From an uncultured bacterium (lineage in GTDB: Bacteria; UBA8481), in assembly GCA_964499705.1 (NCBI GenBank), contig CAZCME010000004.1:248001-290071 (forward strand): a DNA stretch of 42,071 nt, in the 5' to 3' direction. Both the position numbers and the translations under genes were made by a program. Under the pieces are notes generated by a model that saw nothing but the letters and a program-made list of their open reading frames with translations, ran no database searches and was not told the origin of the DNA. Shown here one piece after another: positions 27,297 through 35,962 of the stretch. Numbering within the stretch: the stretch's first letter is position 1; every line of letters begins with the position of its first letter.

Positions 27297-27977
27297 ATGT
27301 CCAGATCGATCGCAGGTTTCTTCGTCTCATTCCTTCTCATCCTCGGTGTCGCGCTGCCCGGAGAATGCGAATCCAAGTACAGCCGAAAACTGAACGATGC
27401 GCGCGAAGTCGTCGTCGAGGCGATGAACGCTCCCGGCAAGGCGATCCCGCCCGCCCTGCTGAGAAATTGCAAGGCCATCGCGATCTTCCCCGGAACGATC
27501 AAGGCCGGATTCATCGTGGCGGGCCGATACGGCGAAGGAATCGTCATGACCCGCGACACGGAAGGCAAGTGGTCCGCTCCGGCTTTCTTCACCATCGCCG
27601 GCGGCAGCTACGGGCTCCAGATCGGCATCCAGTCGATGGACGTCGTCCTCCTCATAATGAACGACCGCGGTCTGCAGGCGCTCTTGAAGCAGAAGTTCAC
27701 GATCGGCGCCGACGTCGCCGTGACGGCCGGACCGGCAAGCGTCTCCGGCGACGCCGACATCGACGTCTTCCTGAAAGCCGACATTCTCTCGTACACGCGC
27801 TCCAAGGGCCTCTTCGCGGGACTGGCTGTGAACGGCGCGCGGATGGCGGCGAGCCCGAACATGAACCGGGAATTCTACGGCCGGAAAATATCCGTCGACG
27901 AGATCATCATCCACAGGTCCGTCGATGCTCCGGCGGCCGCATCGCTGAAAGCCACTCTGGAGACGTACGCGAAGTAA
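27297..27977 (+). CDS. Exported lipid-binding SYLF (Ysc84) domain protein
   Basis: Start moved to ATG 27297 after an AGGAGG SD; signal peptide; IPPALL..CKAIAIFP..IKAGFIVAGRYGEG, WSAPAF, GGSYGLQIG.Q..DVVL, YTRSKGLFAG. Confidence 0.92.
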   Translation: MSRSIAGFFVSFLLILGVALPGECESKYSRKLNDAREVVVEAMNAPGKAIPPALLRNCKAIAIFPGTIKAGFIVAGRYGEGIVMTRDTEGKWSAPAFFTIAGGSYGLQIGIQSMDVVLLIMNDRGLQALLKQKFTIGADVAVTAGPASVSGDADIDVFLKADILSYTRSKGLFAGLAVNGARMAASPNMNREFYGRKISVDEIIIHRSVDAPAAASLKATLETYAK

Positions 27978-27989
27978 GGGAATTTTCGG

Positions 27990-28415
27990 TTAAGTAGAAC
28001 GGGAATCTGCTTCAGCCGGAATCCACCGCAGGACGAGCCGGTTTTTCTCTTCGGAGCGGGAATATTCCTGCGCATCGGTCAGGGCGAGGATGAGCGAAAT
28101 CCCCATGCCATGCTTCTCATCGCCTCTTCGCTCCGCGATAGCCGCTGTCAACGGGTTGAAAGCCTTCGCCGCATCCACGAGAATCAATTCCAGGCTCTTC
28201 TCCCCGCCGCGCGCTTCAACCTCGATAAAACCGGGAGATCCCTCGAAGCCATGCCGGACGATGTTCATGAACGCTTCCACCGCGGCCGTCTCCGCCAGTC
28301 CGCGTCGCGGGGGATCAAGCCCCCTGCGCGCCAGTTCGTTTCCGGCCCAGGCCGCGAATAGACGAACCTCCGATTCGGACGCGGCGAAAACGGATCTGGA
28401 CGACGAATCAGACAG
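27990..28415 (-). CDS. RsbW/SpoIIAB-like anti-sigma Ser/Thr kinase (HATPase_c_2); start uncertain, probably CTG
   Basis: Track ORF starts at the N-box (VEAFMNIVRHG). The frame is open upstream: LSDSSSRSVFAASESEVRLFAAWAGNELARRGLDPPRRGLAETAAVEAFMNIVRHG...LILVDAAKAFNPL...HGMGISLILALTDAQEYSR...NRLVL. There is no ATG/GTG/TTG between the upstream in-frame TGA (28505) and 28280; CTG at 28415 gives 141 aa. Confidence 0.8.
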   Translation of the reverse strand: MSDSSSRSVFAASESEVRLFAAWAGNELARRGLDPPRRGLAETAAVEAFMNIVRHGFEGSPGFIEVEARGGEKSLELILVDAAKAFNPLTAAIAERRGDEKHGMGISLILALTDAQEYSRSEEKNRLVLRWIPAEADSRST

Positions 28416-29901
28416 AGAAGATGTCCGAGGGAAAAAGAAGCCCCACCGTCTCGAATTTCTGAAGAAATCCGGGCGGCTGATCCGCCGTGCGGTATTCGCC
28501 GATCACCGTGCCGTCATCGGCGCAGCCCGTGATCTCATACCAGAAGAGACGACGCAGCGTGTTTTCTCCGTCCTTCATGCCCGTCAGCTCGCATATCTCC
28601 GCGACCTTTCTGCTGCCGTCCGGATAGCGCCGCAGAAAGACGATCATTTCTAGCGCGGAAGCGACCTGCGACCGGATGGCGGACAGCGGCATGTCCATTC
28701 CCGCCATGAGACACATGGATTCCACACGATGGAGCAGGTCGGCGGCGGAGTTCGCATGCGCCGTCGTCATCGATCCATCATGCCCCGTATTCATCGCCTG
28801 AAGCATATCCATCGCCTCTCCGCCCCTGCATTCCCCGATGATGATCCGGTCGGGTCTCATCCGCAGCGCATCTCTCACGAGATCTCGAATCGTGACCATG
28901 CCCTTGCCGGCGATGTTGACGGGCCGCGACTCCAGGCGCACGACATGGGGATGGCTCTCGCGCACCTTGAGTTCCGCCGCGTCTTCGATCGTGATGATCC
29001 GCTGTTCCGGCGGAACAAGCGTCGAAAGGACATTGAGGATCGTCGTCTTTCCCGATCCCGTTCCACCGGCGACGATGATGTTGAGCCTGGCCTTCACGCA
29101 AGCTCCGAGAAAATACGCGATCTCGGGCGTCAGAGCGTCATAGCCGAGAAGATCTTCCATCTGCAGCGTATGCGTCTTGAATTTCCGGATCGTCAGGACC
29201 GGACCGTCCAGCGCCAGGGGCGGAATGATCGCATGCACCCGCGATCCGTCCGGGAGCCGCGCATCCACATGCGGATTGGAGAGATCGAGATTGCGGCCCA
29301 CGCGGGAGACGATGCGGGAGAGGATATTCATCATGTGAGCATCGTCGTGAAACTTCCTGTCTGTAATCCTGATCTTCCCGTTGCGCTCCACGAATATTTT
29401 CCGCGGGCCGTTCACCATGATCTCCGAGACCTCCGGATCCTGCAGCAACGGCTCGATGGGGCCGCATCCGACGATCTCGTCCACGATTGAAGTCAGGAGT
29501 TCCTCCTTCTGGGCGATCGAAAGCGATATCCTCGCATCCGCGAGTTCCTTCTGCATGCTCGGCTCGAAATGCGCCCGCAAGGTCGCGCTCATCTCCCCAG
29601 GATCCCTCCGCGAAAGCTTCTGCGATGAGTCGCTCGCGGAAAAACGAAGCACGATGTTCGTGCGAATCTCATGCAGCTCGGTTTCCTCCAGCGAGGGAGG
29701 AAACTGCTCGGATGACGGAGCCATGTGCGTGGTCGTCGAGAGGATGGACAGCGTTCTTCTGACCGCCGCCAGGGCTTCCAGATCTGGATCGTGAGCCTCC
29801 TTCTTCTCCATTTCGACGGCGGCTCCCGGTTTCAGCGAGGCGTAGGACATCCGGTATTTCTCCCGAAGCTGCCGCCGGGCCTCCTCGCGCGAGAGCGTCA
29901 T
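28408..29901 (-). CDS. cpaF: CpaF/TadA (VirB11-family) ATPase
   Basis: GCGPIEPLLQDPEVSEIMVNG, VDARLPDGSRV, LTIRKF, GGTGSGKTT, TIEDAAEL, ALRMRPDRIIIGECRGGEA, AMNTGHDGSMTTAHANS; ~70-aa N-terminal extension. Confidence 0.93.
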   Translation of the reverse strand: MTLSREEARRQLREKYRMSYASLKPGAAVEMEKKEAHDPDLEALAAVRRTLSILSTTTHMAPSSEQFPPSLEETELHEIRTNIVLRFSASDSSQKLSRRDPGEMSATLRAHFEPSMQKELADARISLSIAQKEELLTSIVDEIVGCGPIEPLLQDPEVSEIMVNGPRKIFVERNGKIRITDRKFHDDAHMMNILSRIVSRVGRNLDLSNPHVDARLPDGSRVHAIIPPLALDGPVLTIRKFKTHTLQMEDLLGYDALTPEIAYFLGACVKARLNIIVAGGTGSGKTTILNVLSTLVPPEQRIITIEDAAELKVRESHPHVVRLESRPVNIAGKGMVTIRDLVRDALRMRPDRIIIGECRGGEAMDMLQAMNTGHDGSMTTAHANSAADLLHRVESMCLMAGMDMPLSAIRSQVASALEMIVFLRRYPDGSRKVAEICELTGMKDGENTLRRLFWYEITGCADDGTVIGEYRTADQPPGFLQKFETVGLLFPSDIFSV

Positions 29902-30263
29902 GAGGCGGCGCCGCCCGCGGTCAGAAGCGTCATTGCCGCGGACTCATCGGCGACGATCTCGAAGAACTTGTCCATCCTGGTGATGGCCAGGATTCTTTTC
30001 ACGGTATCATTGATTCCCATGAAGACGATCCTGCCGCTTCGCCTTTTCTTGACTTCTTCGAGGCCCGCGATGAGCGCGGACAAGACGGCGGAGTCGACCT
30101 GTTCGAGCGAAAAGCACGCGAGAAGAATATGCCTGGCTCCCTTGTCGACGGCTTTCTTCAGTTCCGCTTCCACAGCGGGAGCATCCGGGGCATACACCTT
30201 GCCGGAAAGGACGAACCGGAAGATATCCGGCGAGCCCGCCACCTGAGTCGCGCTTCTGATCAT
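29898..30263 (-). CDS. STAS-domain anti-sigma factor antagonist (RsbV/SpoIIAA-like)
   Basis: 121 aa; LSGKV...AP, LEQVDSAVLSALI (phospho-acceptor DS), VKRILAITRMDKFFEI; AGGAGG SD; stop overlaps the cpaF ATG (ATGA). Confidence 0.9.
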   Translation of the reverse strand: MIRSATQVAGSPDIFRFVLSGKVYAPDAPAVEAELKKAVDKGARHILLACFSLEQVDSAVLSALIAGLEEVKKRRSGRIVFMGINDTVKRILAITRMDKFFEIVADESAAMTLLTAGGAAS

Positions 30264-30289
30264 ACGATCACCTCCTGGTCATCCTGTTG

Positions 30290-32026
30290 TCACGCTCCAC
30301 ACGCCACGCAGACAGCCATGGCGGAAAGGTCGTCCCGGAGCACTTCCGTTCCGGCGAAAGCATAAACCCGGTCTCGCATTATTTCGACAAGTCTCTGCGG
30401 GTCGGAACGTCCGCAAGCGCCCTGCAGTTCCTCCTCGATCCACCTCATCAGGACATCCGTCCCCAGAGCATTGCCGGCGGAATCCTCGACCTCGACAAGC
30501 CCGTCGGTATAGAGAAACAGAACGTCTCCATCCCTGAGACGCACGGACACCTCACGGTATTCGGGCTCCCCGAAAATATCCGGATTGAAAGCCCCGAGAA
30601 GCACGTCGCCTTTCTCCAACAACATCGCAGGTTGATTCCTTCGAAAAAGAAGCCCCGGTTCCTGGGAAGCCTTGACGTAGGCGAGCGTCCCGGTCTCCGT
30701 GTCAATGTCCGCGAAAAACGTACTCGCAAAGCGGCCACGCGGAAAGGTCCTTGTCAATTCGCGGTTCAGCTTCCGAAATTTTTCGGTCGTTGGGCCGTCC
30801 TCATGGAGAATTCCCCGCGCCAGGGTCCGGAACATCGAAAATAGCAGCGCGGCTGGTATTCCATGCCCGGAGATGTCAGATAGTACGATTCCAATCCGTT
30901 TTCCTCCGGGATGCGGAATGAAGTCGAAATAGTCGCCTCCGACGTCGCCGCTGGGAACGAAGCAGATGCCGAAAAGAAGCCCGGGGATGGAAGGCTTTTC
31001 ATGCGGTAGCATCGCCTGCTGTATCGTGCGCGCCAACGCCAGCTCTTCCCGCATCTTCTCGTCCCGCTTCGTCAATTCGACCACGTATCTGCGGTTCTCC
31101 TCCTGCATCCTCCTGTCCCGCTCCATGAGCCGTGCGAACCAGACGCTTGTGAGAACACTGAGGATGATGCCGGTGACGAAAACGATCCCGGGGAGGAATC
31201 CGCGACGGTCGGCGAGGTAGGCGGGAGAAGCCCTGATTTCTATCCGCCAGTGCCGTCCCGCCGCTTCGAAATGTCCTCCGCCCTCGAACGACCGTTCGTC
31301 GTCCGGAAAATCGGAGGAAGTGGAATATTCGGCGAGCAGTTCTCCATGCTCCGTGTCGGCTCCGTTCAGCAACCTGATTCTCATCTCTTCCGTGGAATAG
31401 TCCGAGAGAACCGCCCGCATCATCCTGTCTCCCCTGCAGATGCCAAGAAGGAAACCGTTTGTCGTCGCGCGCCGGATCGAGGGATCGCGTTTCGTATCGC
31501 TGTTCTCGCCTTGCACTGGTATGACGTAAATCCATCCCGTATCTTCGCCATCGAACGCGGCGAGTGAAATAACACCGGTCGAAATCGGGGTATCATCCTT
31601 CATCGCCCGGATCATGGCCTCCAGAAGAACGGAATCCGCGACCAGATGGATGACGGCCGTGGTAATGCTTTCCCCGGAATCCACGCGCGTAATCGGAACC
31701 GGCCTGGAATTCATGGATGGGGAACCCGTCCCCGGCGCATAGGCCAGGGCCGAGATCGCCTTGTGCCTCCGCATCATCGCTCCGGCATAATCGTGAAACT
31801 GGACTGTATCGACCGATCCGAGCGCTTGAAAGAACGCCTTGAGCGAATGCATCACTTCGACGTTCTGCCGCACCGCGCGATGCAGCGCCTGGCCGTTGAT
31901 GGTCGACGCATCGAGGAATTCCTTCTCGATCCTGGCACGTTCCATATCGTCCACGATCGTCGAAAGCGTCCAGGTGACGAGGAAACCGATGAGCGCCACG
32001 ATGCCGATCTGGATCCAGCGATTCAC
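30290..32026 (-). CDS. Membrane sensor: CHASE domain plus PP2C/SpoIIE (RsbU-like) phosphatase
   Basis: Likely start GTG 32026, 1 nt after the upstream stop (the track start 32248 overlaps the upstream gene). TM; CHASE-like L.AFFQA..SVD..QFHDYA...ISALAYAP and FEAAGRHWRIEI; TM; ELALARTIQQAMLP, DVGGDYFDF, SDISGHGIPAAL, LYTDGLVE, DDLSA. Confidence 0.88.
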   Translation of the reverse strand: MNRWIQIGIVALIGFLVTWTLSTIVDDMERARIEKEFLDASTINGQALHRAVRQNVEVMHSLKAFFQALGSVDTVQFHDYAGAMMRRHKAISALAYAPGTGSPSMNSRPVPITRVDSGESITTAVIHLVADSVLLEAMIRAMKDDTPISTGVISLAAFDGEDTGWIYVIPVQGENSDTKRDPSIRRATTNGFLLGICRGDRMMRAVLSDYSTEEMRIRLLNGADTEHGELLAEYSTSSDFPDDERSFEGGGHFEAAGRHWRIEIRASPAYLADRRGFLPGIVFVTGIILSVLTSVWFARLMERDRRMQEENRRYVVELTKRDEKMREELALARTIQQAMLPHEKPSIPGLLFGICFVPSGDVGGDYFDFIPHPGGKRIGIVLSDISGHGIPAALLFSMFRTLARGILHEDGPTTEKFRKLNRELTRTFPRGRFASTFFADIDTETGTLAYVKASQEPGLLFRRNQPAMLLEKGDVLLGAFNPDIFGEPEYREVSVRLRDGDVLFLYTDGLVEVEDSAGNALGTDVLMRWIEEELQGACGRSDPQRLVEIMRDRVYAFAGTEVLRDDLSAMAVCVACGA

Positions 32027-32027
32027 T

Positions 32028-34643
32028 TCAGCGTGAATCCCCGCTTCGCCGAAAGACAATCCGACCATCGGCTCTTTTTTGCGCCACGATCCCTTTTTCT
32101 CCCGCAGGCGTTGCGACGCGTATGACAAGCGTGCGCGAAGCCTCGTCGAAAGAGCGAACGCGGACGTTGCCCGGTGAAAGAACCAGATTGTCCTGCCACG
32201 CTCCGTCACCCGATCGAAACTTGTAATCATCGCGATTCGCGGCGGCACGGGGCAGAGTCGTCACGATCTCGGGCATCGCCCACGAGGAGCGGACCGGAAC
32301 GCGAGAGGACGGCGATGCCGGCGCGTCCGATCTTTCCCGGGGCGAACCTGCCGCAACGGTGACAGGCGGCCGTGACGCGGCAGGTTCGGCTCCTCCGCGT
32401 GCGCGTTCCCTCCCGCCTCCTCGCTGAACGATCGGCGGCGCGGCTTCGCCGCCGCGGTTCACCGGACCGCGCATCGGCTCCGCGCGCCGGCCGGGTTTGA
32501 CGCGGATCCGGAATTGCTGCGGTCCGAGATTGATTCCTCCGCCGATGGACAGGACATCGTATGTCCGAGACGCCTCGCGCGCGAATTTTTCGAGACCTCG
32601 ATTGAGCTCGTCCACAAGGAGACGGTACTCGTGCTGCTTCGCCAACGCTGAATTCTGGCGGGCGTTGTGCTGCTCCACGAGCCGATTGTGTTCCGCGACG
32701 TCCCGCTCGAACCGCGGAGTGTTGTCGATCCCGGCACGCTTCATCTCCTCGACGCTCGTCTGCAGGCGGACAATGGAGTCGCGCTCCTGATCCAGTTCGC
32801 TTCGCATTCTCGCGATGTCCTGTTCCATGAGCCGCACGCGACCAAGTCCCTCGTCAAGGCCGCTTTCTTCATTCCGGATTCGATCCATTCTGCCCCGGAC
32901 CGCATTCTGCATGAAAAGCTTCGCGAGAATCTGGAGATCGTCCATTTTCCTGACGAGCGACCTGACCGGATCGTTTCCGTGCTCCGAGAAGAATGTGGCG
33001 GACTCCTCCGCCACCATGATATTCCCCGGCGCGGAGGCCTTCGCCCGGATGAATCCCTCCAGCGCGGCCGCATCTCCGAAAAATTCACGGATGGTCATGT
33101 CAAGCAGGGGTGTCAGATATTCCGTCTTAAGCCGGGCGCGCGTCAGGGAAGCGGTCATCCTGGTGTCGGAAGGAGCGTAGGCCCAGTTGGCGACAATCAG
33201 CTGAGGTTTGGTTTCAGGCGTGATGTAAGCCGGCACATCGACGGACAGGAGAGCGTCGAGATCGAGCCGGGCGCCGCGACCGCGTTTCAGCCAGCTGCAG
33301 ATGCCGAAGAGGCGCGCCACATTCTTCAGCTCCGCAAGTTCCGGAAACACGGCCGCGTAAAGTTCGTAATTCCTGTTCAGGTCGTCGATGCAGTCCCTGA
33401 TGCTGGAGGAAAGCGAGCGTCTCTTGAAGCGTTCGAAGGCGGCGGGATCGGCGAAATCATCGCGTTGCCGTTCCGCGTCGGCGGTGAATTGCGCGTTGAC
33501 CACGGTCGCCGTCCTGTATTCCGGATCCGTTTCGATCTCGATCGACTCGGGATAAAACCAGAATCGCGTCCCGATCCACTTGCCGGAAGGCATCGCATCC
33601 GTCGCGATATCCCTCTCCGCCGAAGTGTAAAATCCCGGATGAGCGAACGACATCAGGGAACGAACGTCCTGGAACGAATTCGGGTCGAGGCCGCAGGTGA
33701 TCGTCTTGAACCGTTTATCGGCTTCGAGAACGGTCGCGCCGATATGCGTATGTTCGAGAAATCCGCCGAAGGAAACTGTCGCCGCCGTGGGATCCGGATT
33801 CGGATCGAGACTGATGAAGGCCTCGTTATCCCCGGCCCGGGACACGGCGCGATAGGCGACCGCAAGATCGGCCAGCGTGACCGGATAGCCCGAAAGCGTC
33901 GGCAATTCGGCGAGCGCAGGATCCAGCAACAGGCCGGCCCGATCGTCAATGGCCGCGCCGCCGGGAACCATATCCCCCTGGAAGAAGGCGGCGAGCAAGG
34001 ACAGATCGAGCGGGATTTTACCGGCAGGAACGGGAAATCGCGCCGCGGAAATGAGCCAGGGCCGGGGATTGAGTTCCAGTTCGCTCCGAGAATAACGGTG
34101 GCGGTAAGCGTAGACGGCGACCCGGAGCGTATCGCCACTGACGCGCGCGAGGCTCGACAAGGCATGCCGGATCACGGGATACCAGAGATCATAAGCGGAG
34201 TGGGCGCTTTCTCCCGGAAGGAATATCCGAGCGCCTCGATCACCGTCGGATTGCACGAGCACGCGCCCGCCCCGCAGAATCGCGACCCATGCGGGCTGCG
34301 CGGACCCGACGGGAAAATAGTCCACCACGCTCCGGTAGGGCGCCATGGCTGGCTGTTCGCTCATTTCGAGCATCTCCGGGAGAAGCTCCGTATAGGGATC
34401 GAGGATGGGTTGGACGATACCGCGCGCATCCGGCGACTGATCCGCGGCTCCAAGAACTTCCCCAAGCGGCCGGCCGGTGCGCACCATGACAGTCCGGTCG
34501 ATGAGGTCTCCATAAGAAGCCTTGATCCATCGAATGGGCGTCCGTGCGGCCGAGACCGATGCGTGGAAAAAAAGGATGAGAAGGAGACACCGGAATCGCC
34601 TCACTCGAACTCCCTTTCTCGTCTCTCTATTCTTCTCATCCAC
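32028..34643 (-). CDS. Large exported protein of unknown function, DUF1598-like core with a coiled-coil insertion
   Basis: 871 aa; signal-like RRFRCLLLILFFHASVSA. FISLDP, VLEADKRFKTITCGLDP, TRFWFYP and LNRNYELYAAVFPELAELKNVARL resemble DUF1598 motifs as I recall them (not verified). ~100-aa heptad-rich segment; Pro/Arg-rich linker. Confidence 0.6.
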   Translation of the reverse strand: MDEKNRETRKGVRVRRFRCLLLILFFHASVSAARTPIRWIKASYGDLIDRTVMVRTGRPLGEVLGAADQSPDARGIVQPILDPYTELLPEMLEMSEQPAMAPYRSVVDYFPVGSAQPAWVAILRGGRVLVQSDGDRGARIFLPGESAHSAYDLWYPVIRHALSSLARVSGDTLRVAVYAYRHRYSRSELELNPRPWLISAARFPVPAGKIPLDLSLLAAFFQGDMVPGGAAIDDRAGLLLDPALAELPTLSGYPVTLADLAVAYRAVSRAGDNEAFISLDPNPDPTAATVSFGGFLEHTHIGATVLEADKRFKTITCGLDPNSFQDVRSLMSFAHPGFYTSAERDIATDAMPSGKWIGTRFWFYPESIEIETDPEYRTATVVNAQFTADAERQRDDFADPAAFERFKRRSLSSSIRDCIDDLNRNYELYAAVFPELAELKNVARLFGICSWLKRGRGARLDLDALLSVDVPAYITPETKPQLIVANWAYAPSDTRMTASLTRARLKTEYLTPLLDMTIREFFGDAAALEGFIRAKASAPGNIMVAEESATFFSEHGNDPVRSLVRKMDDLQILAKLFMQNAVRGRMDRIRNEESGLDEGLGRVRLMEQDIARMRSELDQERDSIVRLQTSVEEMKRAGIDNTPRFERDVAEHNRLVEQHNARQNSALAKQHEYRLLVDELNRGLEKFAREASRTYDVLSIGGGINLGPQQFRIRVKPGRRAEPMRGPVNRGGEAAPPIVQRGGGRERARGGAEPAASRPPVTVAAGSPRERSDAPASPSSRVPVRSSWAMPEIVTTLPRAAANRDDYKFRSGDGAWQDNLVLSPGNVRVRSFDEASRTLVIRVATPAGEKGIVAQKRADGRIVFRRSGDSR

Positions 34644-34674
34644 ACCGCGGATAGGTTATCATCTTGAACACATC

Positions 34675-35199
34675 ATGGAGATTAAAATCGGAATTCTCAC
34701 GGTATCGGACCGCGCTTCAAGAGGCGCGTATGAGGATATCTCGGGAAAGGCGATCATCGCGACATTCCAGGAATACCTGGCATCTCCCTGGACTTCCGTC
34801 TACAGCGTGATTCCAGACGAACAATCGCAGATCGAAGCGGAACTGATCCGCATGTGCGATGAAGAAGGATGCGCCCTGGTCGTGACGACGGGAGGAACGG
34901 GACCCGCCCCGCGGGACGTGACACCGGAGGCAACCGAAGCGGTCGTGGACAAGATCTACCCTGGTTTCGGCGAGCAGATGCGATCCGTTTCCCTCAGGCA
35001 TGTGCCGACCGCGATACTCTCGCGCCAGATGGCCGGCAGCCGGGGAAAATGCCTCATCCTGAATCTGCCCGGAAAACCCGCATCCATCAGGGAATGCCTC
35101 GATGCCGTATTCCCGGCGATCCCCTACTGCGTCGATCTCCTCGGCGGTCCCCGGCTCGAATCGAATCCGGACGTGATCCGGGTGTTTCGCCCGAAATAA
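34675..35199 (+). CDS. mog: Molybdopterin adenylyltransferase
   Basis: Start ATG 34675: MEIKIGILTVSDRASRGAYEDISG, IPDE, TTGGTGPAPRDVTPEAT, PTAILSRQ, NLPGKP, FPAIPYCVDL, FRPK. Confidence 0.96.
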   Translation: MEIKIGILTVSDRASRGAYEDISGKAIIATFQEYLASPWTSVYSVIPDEQSQIEAELIRMCDEEGCALVVTTGGTGPAPRDVTPEATEAVVDKIYPGFGEQMRSVSLRHVPTAILSRQMAGSRGKCLILNLPGKPASIRECLDAVFPAIPYCVDLLGGPRLESNPDVIRVFRPK

Positions 35200-35208
35200 T
35201 GCTCCCGG

Positions 35209-35781
35209 TTAGAAAATCGCCCCAGCCTTGAGACACGTCTCCGACACAGCGAATCCATCCTCCCCCAGATGGTGCAGAAGGCGGGCGCCATTTTCGATTA
35301 GCCACCGTCCCTGGAAGTAACGTTCGTCCGCGCATCCGCCGAGCATCTCCACGAGCACAACGTCATAACTCTCGCGCAAAGCTTCGCCCACGGGCGTGCC
35401 CTGTTCGAGAATCCGGCAGTCGATATTCGCCAGGCATTCGAGAAGGCTGGGCGCCTTCACATGTTTCGAGGGACAAGTCCGCAGATCGAAATCTCGAAAC
35501 TTGTCGCGCTTCCTGCCGCTCGTGCGGCCTGCCGCGAGCACTTTCTCCGCCATGCCGGCGCCGGGAACATTGATGACAAGCTCGCCCGAGGCGCGAGCGG
35601 CTTCCGTCGTGGCCTGGCCAGAAGCCAGTACGAGTACGGCCTTGGGCGGATCGAAGTCCAGCGGCATGCACCAGGCAACGGCGCAGACTTGATTCCTATC
35701 CTCGTGGCGGGCCGTTATGAGAACGGTCGGGCAGGGATTCAGGAGCTTCCACAGGTCTTTGCTGTCGACGGCGAGTTTCAT
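35209..35781 (-). CDS. Flavin reductase family protein (FMN-binding split barrel)
   Basis: LLNPCPTVLITA, N....AW.MPLD..PP, SGELVINVP, G..SGR..DKF, APSLLECLANIDCR, LHHLG. Confidence 0.9.
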   Translation of the reverse strand: MKLAVDSKDLWKLLNPCPTVLITARHEDRNQVCAVAWCMPLDFDPPKAVLVLASGQATTEAARASGELVINVPGAGMAEKVLAAGRTSGRKRDKFRDFDLRTCPSKHVKAPSLLECLANIDCRILEQGTPVGEALRESYDVVLVEMLGGCADERYFQGRWLIENGARLLHHLGEDGFAVSETCLKAGAIF

Positions 35782-35860
35782 GGTCCCATGCTATGCGATT
35801 CCGTCAGATATATCACCGGGGTCCACGAAGGAGCAGAAGTTCCCCAACCGAAGAATCTTT

Positions 35861-35962
35861 AACCACGAACCACACTAACCACACGAATAAATGCCCTTCG
35901 ATGGGGTCAAATTGAGCGACACTCGTTCCCTAATTTTCGTGTTTTTCGTGTGGTTCGTGGTT
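35861..35962. repeat. Intergenic long inverted-repeat element (REP/MITE-like)
   Basis: AACCACGAACCACACTAACCACACGAA (35861-35887) vs TTCGTGTTTTTCGTGTGGTTCGTGGTT (35936-35962): 24/27 complementary, outer 15 bp perfect, 48-nt spacer; arms built from ~9-nt CACACGAA-like units. Confidence 0.8.

Noticed and set aside
32667-34667. 666-aa plus-strand ORF
   Set aside because: Antisense shadow of the 871-aa gene with no recognisable motifs; long shadow ORFs are common in GC-rich DNA (likewise 4355..5428, 7048..8364, 10331..11683, 12172..13386)
35861-35962. CRISPR array
   Set aside because: The repeats are inverted arms of short subunits, not direct repeats with unique spacers; no cas genes
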